A DNA stretch of 58,126 nucleotides from Dehalococcoidia bacterium (GTDB taxonomy: Bacteria; Chloroflexota; Dehalococcoidia; Lucifugimonadales; GCA-2712585), in assembly GCA_034420855.1 (NCBI GenBank), contig DAOUKX010000016.1:1-58126 (forward strand), read 5' to 3'. How positions within the stretch are numbered: position 1 is the stretch's first letter; each line of letters opens with the position of its first letter. The notes beneath the pieces were generated by a model. It made no database searches. It was not told the DNA's origin and was given only the letters and a program-made list of their open reading frames with translations. The position numbers and the translations under genes were made by a program. Of this stretch, positions 19,853 to 29,905 are shown piece by piece.

Positions 19853-21141
19853 CCCTCATAGCCGACATCCGGGCGCGGGAGATTCTGGACTCTCGCGGCA
19901 GTCCCACGGTGGAGGCTGAAGCTCGCCTGACCGACGGTTCCGTGGGGGTAGCCGCCGTGCCATCGGGGACAAGTGTGGGTACCCACGAAGCCCTTGAGCT
20001 GCGGGACAACGACTCCCACCGGTTCGGAGGACGGGGCGTCCTCAAGGCCGTCAACAACATTCATAGTCGCATAGCCCCTGCGCTGCGAGGTCGTTCACCC
20101 TTCAGCCAGTCCAATGTGGACGGCCTGCTGCTGGAACTGGACGGCACCCCCAACAAGGCCAACCTGGGGGCCAACGCCATGCTTGCCGCGTCCCTGGCCG
20201 TTGCCCACGCCGCCGCTGTTTCCAGGGGTATGCCTCTCTATCGATACCTGGCGTTGGGCGAGAAGGTCATGCTGCCGGTGCCCATGTTCAACATACTGAA
20301 CGGCGGCGCCCACGCTTCCGACTCCATAGACGTGCAGGAAATCATGGTTGTGCCCGCCGGTGCTCCCAGCTTCCGGGAGGCCGTGAGAGCCGGGGCCGAA
20401 ATCTACCAGGCTTTGAAGGCCATCATCAGCGGTCGGGGACTCAGCACCCAGGTGGGCGACGAGGGCGGCTTCGCTCCCGGGCTTCCGTCCAACCGGTCGG
20501 CGCTGGAGTTGGTGGCCCTTGCAGTAGAAAGAGCCGGATACGTACTGGGTGAGGACTGCTTCCTGGCCCTGGACCCCGCCGCTACCGAATTCATGGAAGA
20601 CGGGAGATACCATCTTCGGCGGGACAACATCAGCCTGAACGCCGAGGCGCTGACGGACTTCTACCGGGGCTGGAGCCGCGAGTTCCACATCATCAGCATC
20701 GAAGACGGGCTGGGAGAGGACGACTGGCCGGGATGGCGGGGACTCTGCGACTCTCTGGGCCGCTCGGTGCAGCTGGTGGGGGACGACCTCTATACCACCA
20801 ACCGCAACCGTATTCGCCGGGGGATACAGCTGAATGCCAGCAACGCGGTGCTTCTCAAGCTGAACCAGGCGGGCACAGTAACCGAGACCGTCGAGGCCTT
20901 CGAAGAGACGCGCAAGGCGGGATGGGGCGCGGTGGTGAGCCACCGTTCGGGCGAGACGGAAGACACGACTATCGCGGACCTGGCAGTGGCCCTGGGCGCG
21001 GGACAGATAAAAGCCGGCGCCCCCTGTCGTTCCGAGCGTCTGGCCAAGTACAACAGGCTTCTTCGCATAGAGGAGGAACTGGGGGAAGACGCGGAGTACG
21101 CCGGCATGTCTGCATATTCACATCTGGAGTTGGGGCTGTAA
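19849..21141 (+). CDS. eno: enolase
   Basis: '[17 protein letters not shown]' and '[17 protein letters not shown]'. The TTG start overlaps the upstream stop. Confidence 0.95.
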   Translation: MTLIADIRAREILDSRGSPTVEAEARLTDGSVGVAAVPSGTSVGTHEALELRDNDSHRFGGRGVLKAVNNIHSRIAPALRGRSPFSQSNVDGLLLELDGTPNKANLGANAMLAASLAVAHAAAVSRGMPLYRYLALGEKVMLPVPMFNILNGGAHASDSIDVQEIMVVPAGAPSFREAVRAGAEIYQALKAIISGRGLSTQVGDEGGFAPGLPSNRSALELVALAVERAGYVLGEDCFLALDPAATEFMEDGRYHLRRDNISLNAEALTDFYRGWSREFHIISIEDGLGEDDWPGWRGLCDSLGRSVQLVGDDLYTTNRNRIRRGIQLNASNAVLLKLNQAGTVTETVEAFEETRKAGWGAVVSHRSGETEDTTIADLAVALGAGQIKAGAPCRSERLAKYNRLLRIEEELGEDAEYAGMSAYSHLELGL

Positions 21142-21219
21142 TGCAGGCTTCCCGCCCTTTACCTTGACCCCTTTCTGGGCTGTTGCTAGAATACCGTGGG
21201 TTTCCGTTCGTCTCGAAAC

Positions 21220-21825
21220 ATGCGGGTAATTGGACTCACCGGGGGTATCGGCACAGGCAAGAGCCGGGTGGCCCGCATTCTGGAAGAACTGGGCGCTGTG
21301 GTCGTCAACGCCGATCTCCTGGGACATCAGGCTTACGAGCCGAACACGGAAACCTGGCAGCAGATTGTGGAGGCCTTCGGCCCGGAGGTCGTAGGCCCTG
21401 AAGGAGAGATAGACAGGAAGCGGCTGGGTCGGATAGTCTTCTCCAGTCCCAGCGCCAAGACCAGGCTGGATGCCATCGTATGGCCGCAGATTGCGATACT
21501 GGCCCAAAGACAGATAGACAACCTTCTCAAGCAAGAAACTGATAAAATAGTGCTTGAAGCCGCCGTACTGGTGGAGGCCGGATGGGATTGCCTGGTAGAC
21601 GAGGTCTGGGTTACCCATGCCCCCAGGGAATTAATCCACCAGCGGCTGAAACTCAGGGACGGTCTGACCACGGATGAGATAGATCGCAGGATAGATGCCC
21701 AGATTCCCTTTGAGGAACGGCTCAAGGAAGGATACATTCCCATAGAAAACGCCTCCACACCGGAGGCTCTGCGTGACAGGGTACAAACTCTGTGGCGACG
21801 CCGAATTAAGGAAAGCGCCGAATAG
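21220..21825 (+). CDS. coaE: dephospho-CoA kinase
   Basis: '[15 protein letters not shown]' P-loop at the N-terminus. The ORF-track GTG at 21196 is 8 codons upstream. Confidence 0.85.
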   Translation: MRVIGLTGGIGTGKSRVARILEELGAVVVNADLLGHQAYEPNTETWQQIVEAFGPEVVGPEGEIDRKRLGRIVFSSPSAKTRLDAIVWPQIAILAQRQIDNLLKQETDKIVLEAAVLVEAGWDCLVDEVWVTHAPRELIHQRLKLRDGLTTDEIDRRIDAQIPFEERLKEGYIPIENASTPEALRDRVQTLWRRRIKESAE

Positions 21826-21827
21826 AA

Positions 21828-22724
21828 ATGGCCAACATCTCGAACTCCCTTTACAACCAGTTCACCATCGAGGAATACGTGGTGGAGCAGGAGCCATTCT
21901 ACCTTCCCGTCAGGGATGAGGTGGAGCTCTTCGAAGCCGCCTATGCCGCCAACGTCCCCATCCTTCTCAAGGGCCCCACGGGTACCGGCAAGACCCGCTT
22001 TGTTGAGTACATGGCTTGGAAGCTCAGCAGGCCCGTGGTGAAGGTGAGCGCCAATCCCGCCGCGGGCGCCAACGGAGACAGCGATCGGGTCATCCCCCTC
22101 ATAACCATCGCCTGCCACGAAGACCTCACTGCCAGCGACCTAGTGGGACGCTACCTGCTGGACGCCGAAGGCACCCGCTGGATAGACGGCCCCCTGACCC
22201 GCGCCGTCAAGTCGGGCGCCATCTGCTACCTGGACGAAATCGTCGAGGCCCGCAAGGACACCACGGTGCTCATCCACCCCCTGGCGGACCACCGGCGCGT
22301 GCTGCCCGTGGAGAAGCAGGGGCTAGTGCTGGAGGCCAAGAAGGGCTTCCAACTTGTAATCTCCTACAACCCGGGTTACCAGAGCGCATTGAAAGACCTG
22401 AAGGAGAGCACGCGTCAGCGCTTCATCGCCATCGAATTCAGCCCCCCTCCGGCGGAGGAAGAGGCAAAGATCATCAAGCAGGAGTCGGACTGCACGGAAG
22501 AGCAGTCCCTTGCCCTCGCCAAGCTGGGAGAGAAGATCCGCAACCTGCACGACCACGGGCTGAAGGAAGGGGCGAGCACCCGCGTACTCATATACGCCGG
22601 CAAGCTGATGGCCCACGGCATCACGGCCCGTCGCGCATGCCACGTGGCGGTGGTATGGGGCATCACCGACGACCACGAACTGCAAAGGAGCATTCAAGAG
22701 GTGGTCTCATCCATCTTTGAATAG
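21828..22724 (+). CDS. CbbQ/NorQ/NirQ-type MoxR-class AAA+ ATPase
   Basis: Walker A '[11 protein letters not shown]', Walker B '[11 protein letters not shown]'. About 300 aa, typical of the family. Starts 2 nt after the coaE stop. Confidence 0.85.
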   Translation: MANISNSLYNQFTIEEYVVEQEPFYLPVRDEVELFEAAYAANVPILLKGPTGTGKTRFVEYMAWKLSRPVVKVSANPAAGANGDSDRVIPLITIACHEDLTASDLVGRYLLDAEGTRWIDGPLTRAVKSGAICYLDEIVEARKDTTVLIHPLADHRRVLPVEKQGLVLEAKKGFQLVISYNPGYQSALKDLKESTRQRFIAIEFSPPPAEEEAKIIKQESDCTEEQSLALAKLGEKIRNLHDHGLKEGASTRVLIYAGKLMAHGITARRACHVAVVWGITDDHELQRSIQEVVSSIFE

Positions 22725-22732
22725 AGACCCCT

Positions 22733-23320
22733 GTGAATGACAACCTGCTAACAGAACTGGAATCGATCCTAGCTGAGCGGACGCCCGTATCCATGAACGG
22801 GCATGACGTTCGGCCCGCCGCCGTGCTTCTCCTCGTCTTCCCCCGTAACGGACAATATTACGTTCACGTTCAGAAACGCTCCCGCCATCTGAAGAGCCAC
22901 GCGGGCGAGGCATGCTTCCCCGGTGGGAAACCCAAGCCCCAGGACGAGAACCTGCTGGCAACGGCCCTGAGGGAAGCCCACGAAGAGGAAAACATCAACC
23001 CGGACGACGTCACCATTCTGGGCCGGCTGAACGACACGCCCACCCGCACAGGCTACGCCATGAAGGTATTCGTGGGTACCATACCCCAGCCCTACATCTA
23101 CCGTCCCAACCCTCAAGAGGTCGACGAAGTTGTGGACGTGCCTCTGGATGCCCTGCAGGACCCCGCCAACTGGCGGGAGGAGGCCCGCTGGCAGGACGGC
23201 GGGCTGACCACCGCCCACTCCTATGCCTACGGCCCGCACATCATCTACGGGGCCACGGCCAAAGTCGTCCGGGAATTCCTGGACGTGGTGGACCAGGTCC
23301 ATCTGAACGGGAGGGCTTGA
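22733..23320 (+). CDS. Nudix hydrolase, CoA-pyrophosphatase-like
   Basis: 'RSRHLKSHAGEACFPGGKPKPQDENLLATALREAHEEENI' combines a Nudix box with the upstream H-x-GE-x-x-FPGG pattern of NudL-type CoAses. GTG start. Confidence 0.75.
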   Translation: MNDNLLTELESILAERTPVSMNGHDVRPAAVLLLVFPRNGQYYVHVQKRSRHLKSHAGEACFPGGKPKPQDENLLATALREAHEEENINPDDVTILGRLNDTPTRTGYAMKVFVGTIPQPYIYRPNPQEVDEVVDVPLDALQDPANWREEARWQDGGLTTAHSYAYGPHIIYGATAKVVREFLDVVDQVHLNGRA

Positions 23321-23321
23321 G

Positions 23322-26300
23322 ATGGAGCGCGGCAATCCGTCGATGGTGCACCAGGAGGAGTTGGAGAAGCTGCCCCTCTCCTTCCAGGAGGAGTTTCAGA
23401 AGACCGAGGAGACCCTTAGCTTCATCTTCAAGGAAGACGAGATGGCCTCCTGGGCAAGGGAGTCCCTGGCCATCTCCACCCGCACACCGCGGTCATGGGA
23501 AGCGGGAATCGAGTATCTGAAGGCCTGTGGTGAAGTCGCCAAGTACCTGTCTTTTGCTTCCTTCACGCAGTGGACCCGCTGCGGGGCGTATCTTTCCCAG
23601 GACTCTCCCACCCTGGCCGTTTCATACTTCCGCGCGTCCCCCGCCATTGTTGCCGACCTTCGGCCCCAGCACATCGCCCGGTGGGCCGGCCTGGGCCGCA
23701 GCCTGTACAAGGGCACCTGGAAGTCCAGCACTCTGGCGGCCAAGTTCTTCGAGACCAGCCCGACGTTGGTGAAGAACCTCTCTTTCTGGGACGTGGAGGT
23801 CTGCGCCAACCTGATAGAGACCCTCTCCTCCAAGTCCTACGACGTGGCCACCGAATGTCTCGTCATGGGCAGCGAAGTCCTGCCCCGGATGTCCCGTGAG
23901 CGGGAACCCTTCCTCGCCCTATGCCGCACCCTCACCGGCAGCGGCTGGCGCGAGGTGAAGGCCTGCTTCCAGGTGGTTGGCCGCGCCCTTCCGCAGATAG
24001 AGGAGAGTCAACGCAGCCGGTTCCTGCGGCTGGCGGACCATCTGGCCCGGGAAGGCTCCCGGGATATCTCCGCATTTCTGGTAAGCGGCTCCGCGGCCCT
24101 GGGCAAGATTCGTCCCCAGGCCCAGCAGCACGTGTTGGATCTGTGCGACTCCCTCATGGTCGTTTCGCCTGCCGCTGTCCACGCCCTGCTCAACAGCCTG
24201 GAATCCGTCCTGGCGCGCATCACCCTGCCCCAGCTCGACGCCTGGTTCGACCAAGGCGTACGCCTCATGCACGAGAACCCGGAGGGCGGACTGGCCTACT
24301 TCAAGGTGGAATCCTCCACTTCCGAGGCAGTCATCGACAGTCTCTCCTCCAGCCTGGAACTGGAGCGGGTCAAGGGCATTCTCATGCTCTATTGCCGCGC
24401 TCTCTCTGGCGCTGACATGGAGATCACCGAAAGCAGTCAACTGGTGGGGAAGAGCATCGGCTGGGTCTCCGAAGGGCACGCCACCACCGAGGGCACCAAG
24501 GTCTTTCTTCCCCTGATAATCGACCGCTACCCCAGCAAGGATGAAAACTTCGGCTGGTTCAAGGTTGTCTCCACGCACCAGGTGGCCCACTTGGAGTTCG
24601 GCAGCTTCCAGTTCCAATTTGAGCGTCCCTCCGCCCTGTTCGAAGACACCCGCATCACCCGGGAAGAGGCGTTGATTTCGCAGGTGAAGGAAGACGAGGA
24701 GATGAAGGCCTACGGTCGCGGCGCCGAATCCAGCTGGGTTACGGACATCACTCGTTGCTTCTCCCTTCTGGCCGACAGGAAGCTTGCCCTGGACCTGTTC
24801 ACCATTCTGGAAGGAGGCCGGCTGGACTTCCGCGTGAAGGTCGAATATCCCGGCATGAAGCGCTTCTACAACCGCGTCCAGCAGGACGCCCTGGAAGAGC
24901 GCCCGACTATTGTGGAGATGCCCCTTCGTCAGGCCCTGGTGGAGATGCTGGTCCGTTTCAGCCTAGAGCAGTACCGCAGCCTGCCCACCCCCAAGCGCTA
25001 CGCCAAGGCCGTTCGGGTGCTCGCCAAGCTCCAGCGCCGCCTCCTAAACTCCGACGCCACCGTCGAAGACACCGCCGAGGCCACTCTACGCGCCTACGAC
25101 ATTCTCTCCCGCATTCCCAACGAGCAGGAGGAAGAGGAGGAGTGGGAGAACCAGGACTTCGACGCCGACGAGGAGTTCTCCGAGGACGAACTGGCTGAAG
25201 TGCTGAAGGAGATGGGCCCACCCACCGAGGCCGAGGGGTCCGACGACCAGGAGCCTTACGAGTCACCGGAGGACGTGGACTTCCGAGGCGACTTCAAGCC
25301 GGAACTGGTGCAGACCCTGAACCGCATGCGCTCAGGCGACATGCCCAAGGACGCCGAAGGCTCCGGCGAACTCACCCAGGATATGCTGGAACAGATGCTG
25401 CGGGATAGCGCGGAGTACGGCGACGAACAGGGAGAAGGCGAAGAGGCCATGGCCGAGTTTGCCCAGAACCTGATGAAGGAAGCCGGCGCCACCTCTCCGA
25501 TGCCCACAGCCGGACAGGGCTACGGCCCCATGGTCCACGTGGACGAGCAGGGCGGGGAACTGGAGGCCCGTGAGCCCAAGACCTACGTATACGACGAATG
25601 GGACTTCCGCGCCGCCGACTACAAACCCAAGTGGTGCATTGTCCGCGAGAAGACCGTCGACCAGGGCGACCTGCAGTTCTTCGGTGACACCATGCGTAAC
25701 TACGCCGGACTGGTCAGCGACGTTCGCCGACAGTTTGAGCTTGTCATCCCCGAAAGCTTCCGCAAGGTGCGGCGCCAGCCCGACGGAGATGAGTTCGACC
25801 TGGACGCCTCCATTGAGGCGATGATAGACCGTCGCTCCGGCATCACCCCCTCCGAGAAGGTCTACTGGTTCCGCAACAAGCAGGAACGGGACGTGGCCGT
25901 TGTCTTTCTTCTGGACATGAGCGCCTCCACCGCCGAAGCCATCGACGAAGGCCGTCCATCCCTGGGCGACCAGAATGCGCCGGAAGACCCGGTGGAGTAC
26001 ATGATGTGGCTGCGCTCTCGCCGGGAAGGTCTGGTGCGCCGCCACTACAAGCGCATCATCGACCTAGAGAAGGAAGGCGTGGCCCTACTCCTTCAGGCCT
26101 TGGAGTCGATCGGCGACATATACGGCATCTACGGTTTCTCAGGCTATGGCCGCGAGAACGTCGAGTTCTACGTTATCAAGGACGTGGAAGAGCATCTATC
26201 CGACGTGGTGAAGCGTCGCATTGACAAGATAAGCCCCCTCCATGCCACCCGCATGGGGCCCGCCATCCGCCACGCCACCTCAAAGTTGGAAAAACAGGAC

Positions 26301-26576
26301 GCCAAGACCAAGATACTCTTCCTTATCAGCGACGGGAGGCCCCAGGACAGGGGCTACAGCCGCGAGGGCGTGGAGAAAGAGTACGCCGTCCACGACACCC
26401 ACATGGCGCTGGTGGAGGCGAAGAGGCTGGACATCACGCCATTCTGCCTGACGGTAGACAAGTCGGGCCACGACTACCTGAAGGCCATGTGCGGCGACAT
26501 GAGCTATGAGGTGCTGGAGGACATCTGGACCCTCCCCCAGCGCTTGCCCCAGCTATACCGCAAGCTCACCATCTAG
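23322..26576 (+). CDS. large VWA-domain protein (CbbO/NorD-like partner of the AAA+ ATPase)
   Basis: 1084 aa. C-terminal VWA domain with MIDAS motif 'VVFLLDMSASTAE'. A long E/D-rich tract lies at about aa 590-720. The N-terminal ~800 aa are unrecognised. Starts 1 nt after the Nudix stop. Confidence 0.8.
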   Translation: MERGNPSMVHQEELEKLPLSFQEEFQKTEETLSFIFKEDEMASWARESLAISTRTPRSWEAGIEYLKACGEVAKYLSFASFTQWTRCGAYLSQDSPTLAVSYFRASPAIVADLRPQHIARWAGLGRSLYKGTWKSSTLAAKFFETSPTLVKNLSFWDVEVCANLIETLSSKSYDVATECLVMGSEVLPRMSREREPFLALCRTLTGSGWREVKACFQVVGRALPQIEESQRSRFLRLADHLAREGSRDISAFLVSGSAALGKIRPQAQQHVLDLCDSLMVVSPAAVHALLNSLESVLARITLPQLDAWFDQGVRLMHENPEGGLAYFKVESSTSEAVIDSLSSSLELERVKGILMLYCRALSGADMEITESSQLVGKSIGWVSEGHATTEGTKVFLPLIIDRYPSKDENFGWFKVVSTHQVAHLEFGSFQFQFERPSALFEDTRITREEALISQVKEDEEMKAYGRGAESSWVTDITRCFSLLADRKLALDLFTILEGGRLDFRVKVEYPGMKRFYNRVQQDALEERPTIVEMPLRQALVEMLVRFSLEQYRSLPTPKRYAKAVRVLAKLQRRLLNSDATVEDTAEATLRAYDILSRIPNEQEEEEEWENQDFDADEEFSEDELAEVLKEMGPPTEAEGSDDQEPYESPEDVDFRGDFKPELVQTLNRMRSGDMPKDAEGSGELTQDMLEQMLRDSAEYGDEQGEGEEAMAEFAQNLMKEAGATSPMPTAGQGYGPMVHVDEQGGELEAREPKTYVYDEWDFRAADYKPKWCIVREKTVDQGDLQFFGDTMRNYAGLVSDVRRQFELVIPESFRKVRRQPDGDEFDLDASIEAMIDRRSGITPSEKVYWFRNKQERDVAVVFLLDMSASTAEAIDEGRPSLGDQNAPEDPVEYMMWLRSRREGLVRRHYKRIIDLEKEGVALLLQALESIGDIYGIYGFSGYGRENVEFYVIKDVEEHLSDVVKRRIDKISPLHATRMGPAIRHATSKLEKQDAKTKILFLISDGRPQDRGYSREGVEKEYAVHDTHMALVEAKRLDITPFCLTVDKSGHDYLKAMCGDMSYEVLEDIWTLPQRLPQLYRKLTI

Positions 26577-26736
26577 TTCTGTCGTGTCCTAACGAAGGCG
26601 GGGACCCGTCTTCCACGACCCGCTTGCTCCTCCGCCCTCAGGCTCGTTGTCTTGACGCATCCAAATTTTCCCACCTATAATCCGACTATAGCATCGGATA
26701 ACAAAGCGTCGGCTTTCCGACGGGAGGGAGGGCCTC

Positions 26737-27462
26737 ATGGCCATCGTAACCATCGACGGATATCGAGGCAGTGGAAGCAGTGAAGTTGGCATTCGTGTCG
26801 CAGAAGCGCTGAACGCCAACTACATCGACCGGCTGCTGCTCAGGAAAGCGGCAGAGAAGGCCCAGGCGCCCATTGGCGAATTCGTGGGCCGGGCCGGTCG
26901 CGAGCACTACCCCTCCATCGGCATCAGGCAGAAGCTGCAACGGTTCTTCGAGCGTTGGGTGGACGCCTATTCCAGGAACTCCGTATACGTGAACCCCTGG
27001 GAGGGCTTCGCCTTCCTCGGGCACTCCAAGGAGATTGACGAGGAGCTGGCGCGGATCGCGCGCATTCCCCCCAAGTTCGTGGACGACCAGCGGTTCATCC
27101 GCGCCATTGGCGACGCGCTGGAGGAGATGGCATTGTCGGACAATCTGGTACTTGTGGGTCGTGGCGGCTGCTCCATCCTGAAGCACTTCCCCAACGCCTT
27201 GCACATCGGCCTGGCGGCGCCCTTCGGCACCCGGGTCATACGCAACATGCGCAAGCACAACTTCACCGCCGTGGAGGCCGCCAGGTTCACCCGGGAGACG
27301 GACGCGGCACGGCAACGCTTCTACCGCAAATTCTTCGACACCAACCCGGACAACCCCTCCCTCTACAGTCTGTCGCTCAACACCCAGTCGCTGCACCCTG
27401 AACTGGCGACGGAGCTAATCGTCAACAGGGCGGAAATGCTCGCCAACGGCCGGCTGAACTAG
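26737..27462 (+). CDS. cytidylate-kinase-like family protein
   Basis: 'IVTIDGYRGSGSSEVGIRVAEALNANYIDRLLL' matches the Cytidylate_kin2-like N-terminus, which has a degenerate P-loop. Confidence 0.6.
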   Translation: MAIVTIDGYRGSGSSEVGIRVAEALNANYIDRLLLRKAAEKAQAPIGEFVGRAGREHYPSIGIRQKLQRFFERWVDAYSRNSVYVNPWEGFAFLGHSKEIDEELARIARIPPKFVDDQRFIRAIGDALEEMALSDNLVLVGRGGCSILKHFPNALHIGLAAPFGTRVIRNMRKHNFTAVEAARFTRETDAARQRFYRKFFDTNPDNPSLYSLSLNTQSLHPELATELIVNRAEMLANGRLN

Positions 27463-27487
27463 ACTACGATCGAGCTGAACGCACCAA

Positions 27488-28048
27488 TTGGCTGACGTGC
27501 AGCGGGAATTCGCTGGAATTCCTTTTGTCCGAGTTGGGATAATCTGCCCAGAGCGGGATGCCCATGGTCGGGTGGTGGAAATCACCATTCCGTTGACAAG
27601 TGACACTCCATTTCACCGATATGGAAGAGGTCCCTTCTGCCAATTCCGAATTGCCCAAGAGGGCCAATGGCGTAAGGGTGGTGTCTACATCGTCGCTGGC
27701 GGTGATGTGGCCCGTTATGTAGGTGGGTGCGCTAACCTGGCGGCAATTTGGAACCAGGTTGGCCGTATTAGCCCCTCGGCAGTCCGAAAAAAGGGAGGGC
27801 AACAGACTCATTGCCGTATCAACACGGCCATTTTCAACGAGATTAGTCAGGTAAGAGAAATATCCCTATGGTTCCATCCAGTTGACGACCGTGCCAAACG
27901 ACGCGTGGCCAAGACGCAATTAACTAGCGATCTCAATCCACCTTGGAATCTCCAAGGTGGACACCGTCCGCCTGCAATCCACAAAAAACTTCTGACCAGA
28001 CTGGAAGACGATGCGATCTTCTTGGCTCAGTACAGGCGTCGCCGATAA
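27488..28048 (+). CDS. GIY-YIG-like domain protein, paralog 1 (catalytic residues apparently lost)
   Basis: 186 aa, TTG start. 'GGVYIVAGGDVARYVGG' is a GIY..YIG-like core. Roughly 40% identical by eye to the next ORF. The domain ends at 'NPPWN' and is followed by a 32-aa non-conserved tail. Confidence 0.6.
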   Translation: MADVQREFAGIPFVRVGIICPERDAHGRVVEITIPLTSDTPFHRYGRGPFCQFRIAQEGQWRKGGVYIVAGGDVARYVGGCANLAAIWNQVGRISPSAVRKKGGQQTHCRINTAIFNEISQVREISLWFHPVDDRAKRRVAKTQLTSDLNPPWNLQGGHRPPAIHKKLLTRLEDDAIFLAQYRRRR

Positions 28049-28557
28049 AGACAACACATATATGGAACGAGATCATTGCCAAGGAGCGCGAATTTGGGGG
28101 ACTCTCTTTCGCCAGAGTCGGCCGCATCCAACCTGAGTGCGACGGCAACGGCAACGTCGTTGAATATATGCCGCAATCCCGATACGAAAACAGAGATAAC
28201 CTGCCTCTGAACCGGTACGGCCACGGCCCATTTTGCCGATTTAGTATCGCCAAAAGAAGAGAGTGGGGACAGGCTGGTGTCTACGTTCTGGCACATGGAG
28301 ACCGTCCGCTCTACGTTGGCGAGTGCAAAGACATGAGGAGACGTTGGGGGCCGATGGGCTACGGGCATATCTCTCCGCGGGCCTGTTTCAAGGGTGGTCA
28401 GGATACCAATTGTCGGATAAACAACCTGATCCTCCAAGGCGTCAATATCTCACTTGACCTCGACCTCTGGTTCCGGCTCATAGAAGGAGATGTACTCGAT
28501 AGGGTGTCCATCGAAAGAGAATTGATAGCAACCCTACACCCACCATGGAACAGGTAG
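27943..28557 (+). CDS. GIY-YIG nuclease-like protein, paralog 2 (catalytic residues retained)
   Basis: 'AGVYVLAHGDRPLYVGECKDMRRRW...SIERELIATLHPPWN'. The start is uncertain. The ORF-track TTG at 27943 overlaps paralog 1 by 106 nt. The homologous region begins near 28085, and there is no in-frame ATG/GTG/TTG between 28049 and 28085. Confidence 0.6.
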   Translation: MESPRWTPSACNPQKTSDQTGRRCDLLGSVQASPIKTTHIWNEIIAKEREFGGLSFARVGRIQPECDGNGNVVEYMPQSRYENRDNLPLNRYGHGPFCRFSIAKRREWGQAGVYVLAHGDRPLYVGECKDMRRRWGPMGYGHISPRACFKGGQDTNCRINNLILQGVNISLDLDLWFRLIEGDVLDRVSIERELIATLHPPWNR

Positions 28558-28602
28558 ATACCGATTGTTCTGGTGTGAAGCGAAACTACGGATGGAGTTA
28601 AG

Positions 28603-29856
28603 CTAGTATCGGCTGGAAGAAAGCCCCCGTACCAAGCGGGTTAGCTCCACCAGCGCCGTTGTCACGGAGCGGTACTTGACCACCGCCCGACGTGGCGGCA
28701 GTCGCAGCGCCACCGGCTTCACCACTCCCTCTGCTGCCAAGGCGATGCACACCGTGCCCACCGCTTTGCCTTCCTGCTCCGACGGTCCCGCCACTCCCGT
28801 CACTCCCACCCCCACGTCCGCTCCTAACGACAGGCGCGCCGCTTTGGCCATTGCTGCCGCCGTCTCGGGGCTGATGGCGCCGTGGTCGCGAATCGTCTCG
28901 GCGGGTACCCCGTTGGCAATCTTGGCCTCGTTGCTGTAGGAGACGATGCCGCCGCGGAAGTAGCTGGAACTCCCCGGCACGTCCGTTATCGTGCTTGCCA
29001 TCAGCCCGCCGGTGCACGACTCCATGGTCGCCACCGTGAGGCCCGATTCCGTAAGCGCCTGGGCGAGCGCCCCCTCAGGCGAATCGTCGTCGAACCCCCA
29101 CACGTGTGGCCCCATAATCTGCAGGATGCCCGACTCCACCGGCGCCATCAGCGTTCGCGCTTCTTCGTCCGACGCGCCACGGCCGATTATCCGTAGGTGT
29201 ATGCCGTCGTGCTTGGCGTAGATTCCAAGGTAGGGGTTCTCCGACTCCGCGAATTGAGCGATGCGCTCCGCTACGTCGGCCTCCGCCAGGTCCGTGGTCT
29301 TGATGTTTCGGGTGATAATCACCTGGCCGCGCACCCTGCCCTTGAGCTTCGGCGCAACCTGGGTCTGCCACATGTTGTACATCTCCCCCGGCGGGCCGGG
29401 CATGGCGACGATGATTTTGCCCTCTCGCTCCACCCACCAGCCGGGGGCCGTGCCCTGGTTGTTGGGTATGGACTCTGCGGAGGGGATAAGCGTCGCCTGC
29501 TTGGTGTTGCGCGGCGGCATGTCCGCGCCACGATAGCGAAACCAGGCCTTAAGGTCCTCCAGCAGGGCTGGGTCCACCTGCATTTCCTCCCCGAGAGCCG
29601 TAGAAATCGCCTCCCGGGTCAGGTCGTCCTGGGTGGGGCCGAGACCGCCCGTGGAGAACACCACGTCGGCACGTTCCAGGGCGGCGGCGAAGGCGCCCGC
29701 CAGCATTTGCAAGTCGTCCCCCACCTGGGACATGCGCTGGATGGTAATGCCGAGGGCGGGCGCGCGGGCGGCGATGTACGCGGAGTTGGTGTCCGTAAGC
29801 TCCCCCATGAGGAGCTCCGTGCCGATGGAGAGGATTTCCCCTTTGACCGTTTCCAT
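28603..29856 (-). CDS. cinA: CinA-family protein (MoCF-binding domain plus nicotinamide-nucleotide amidase domain)
   Basis: 'ILSIGTELLMGELTDTNSAYIA' at the N-terminus. C-terminal PncC-like 'TMESCTGGLMAS'. Confidence 0.9.
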   Translation of the reverse strand: METVKGEILSIGTELLMGELTDTNSAYIAARAPALGITIQRMSQVGDDLQMLAGAFAAALERADVVFSTGGLGPTQDDLTREAISTALGEEMQVDPALLEDLKAWFRYRGADMPPRNTKQATLIPSAESIPNNQGTAPGWWVEREGKIIVAMPGPPGEMYNMWQTQVAPKLKGRVRGQVIITRNIKTTDLAEADVAERIAQFAESENPYLGIYAKHDGIHLRIIGRGASDEEARTLMAPVESGILQIMGPHVWGFDDDSPEGALAQALTESGLTVATMESCTGGLMASTITDVPGSSSYFRGGIVSYSNEAKIANGVPAETIRDHGAISPETAAAMAKAARLSLGADVGVGVTGVAGPSEQEGKAVGTVCIALAAEGVVKPVALRLPPRRAVVKYRSVTTALVELTRLVRGLSSSRY

Positions 29857-29905
29857 GCTACGGGCCGGGTTGCGCTAGCGTCGAATTGACGCTTCCGCCA
29901 GCCGC

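Noticed and set aside
25080-25480. The E/D-rich tract in the VWA protein as a tandem DNA repeat or assembly artefact.
   Set aside because: No exact nucleotide periodicity is visible and the reading frame is maintained. It looks like a compositionally biased acidic linker within a continuous ORF.
27488-28557. The two GIY-YIG-like ORFs as one gene broken by a frameshift.
   Set aside because: Each ORF contains a full copy of the same domain architecture, from the N-terminal module through PPWN. They are therefore tandem paralogs, not two halves of one gene.
27440-28620. Possible direct repeats flanking the GIY-YIG cassette ('ctgaactagactacgat' versus 'gaaactacggat').
   Set aside because: The similarity is short and gapped, and I could not distinguish it from chance by eye. 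It is not reported as an att or TSD feature.
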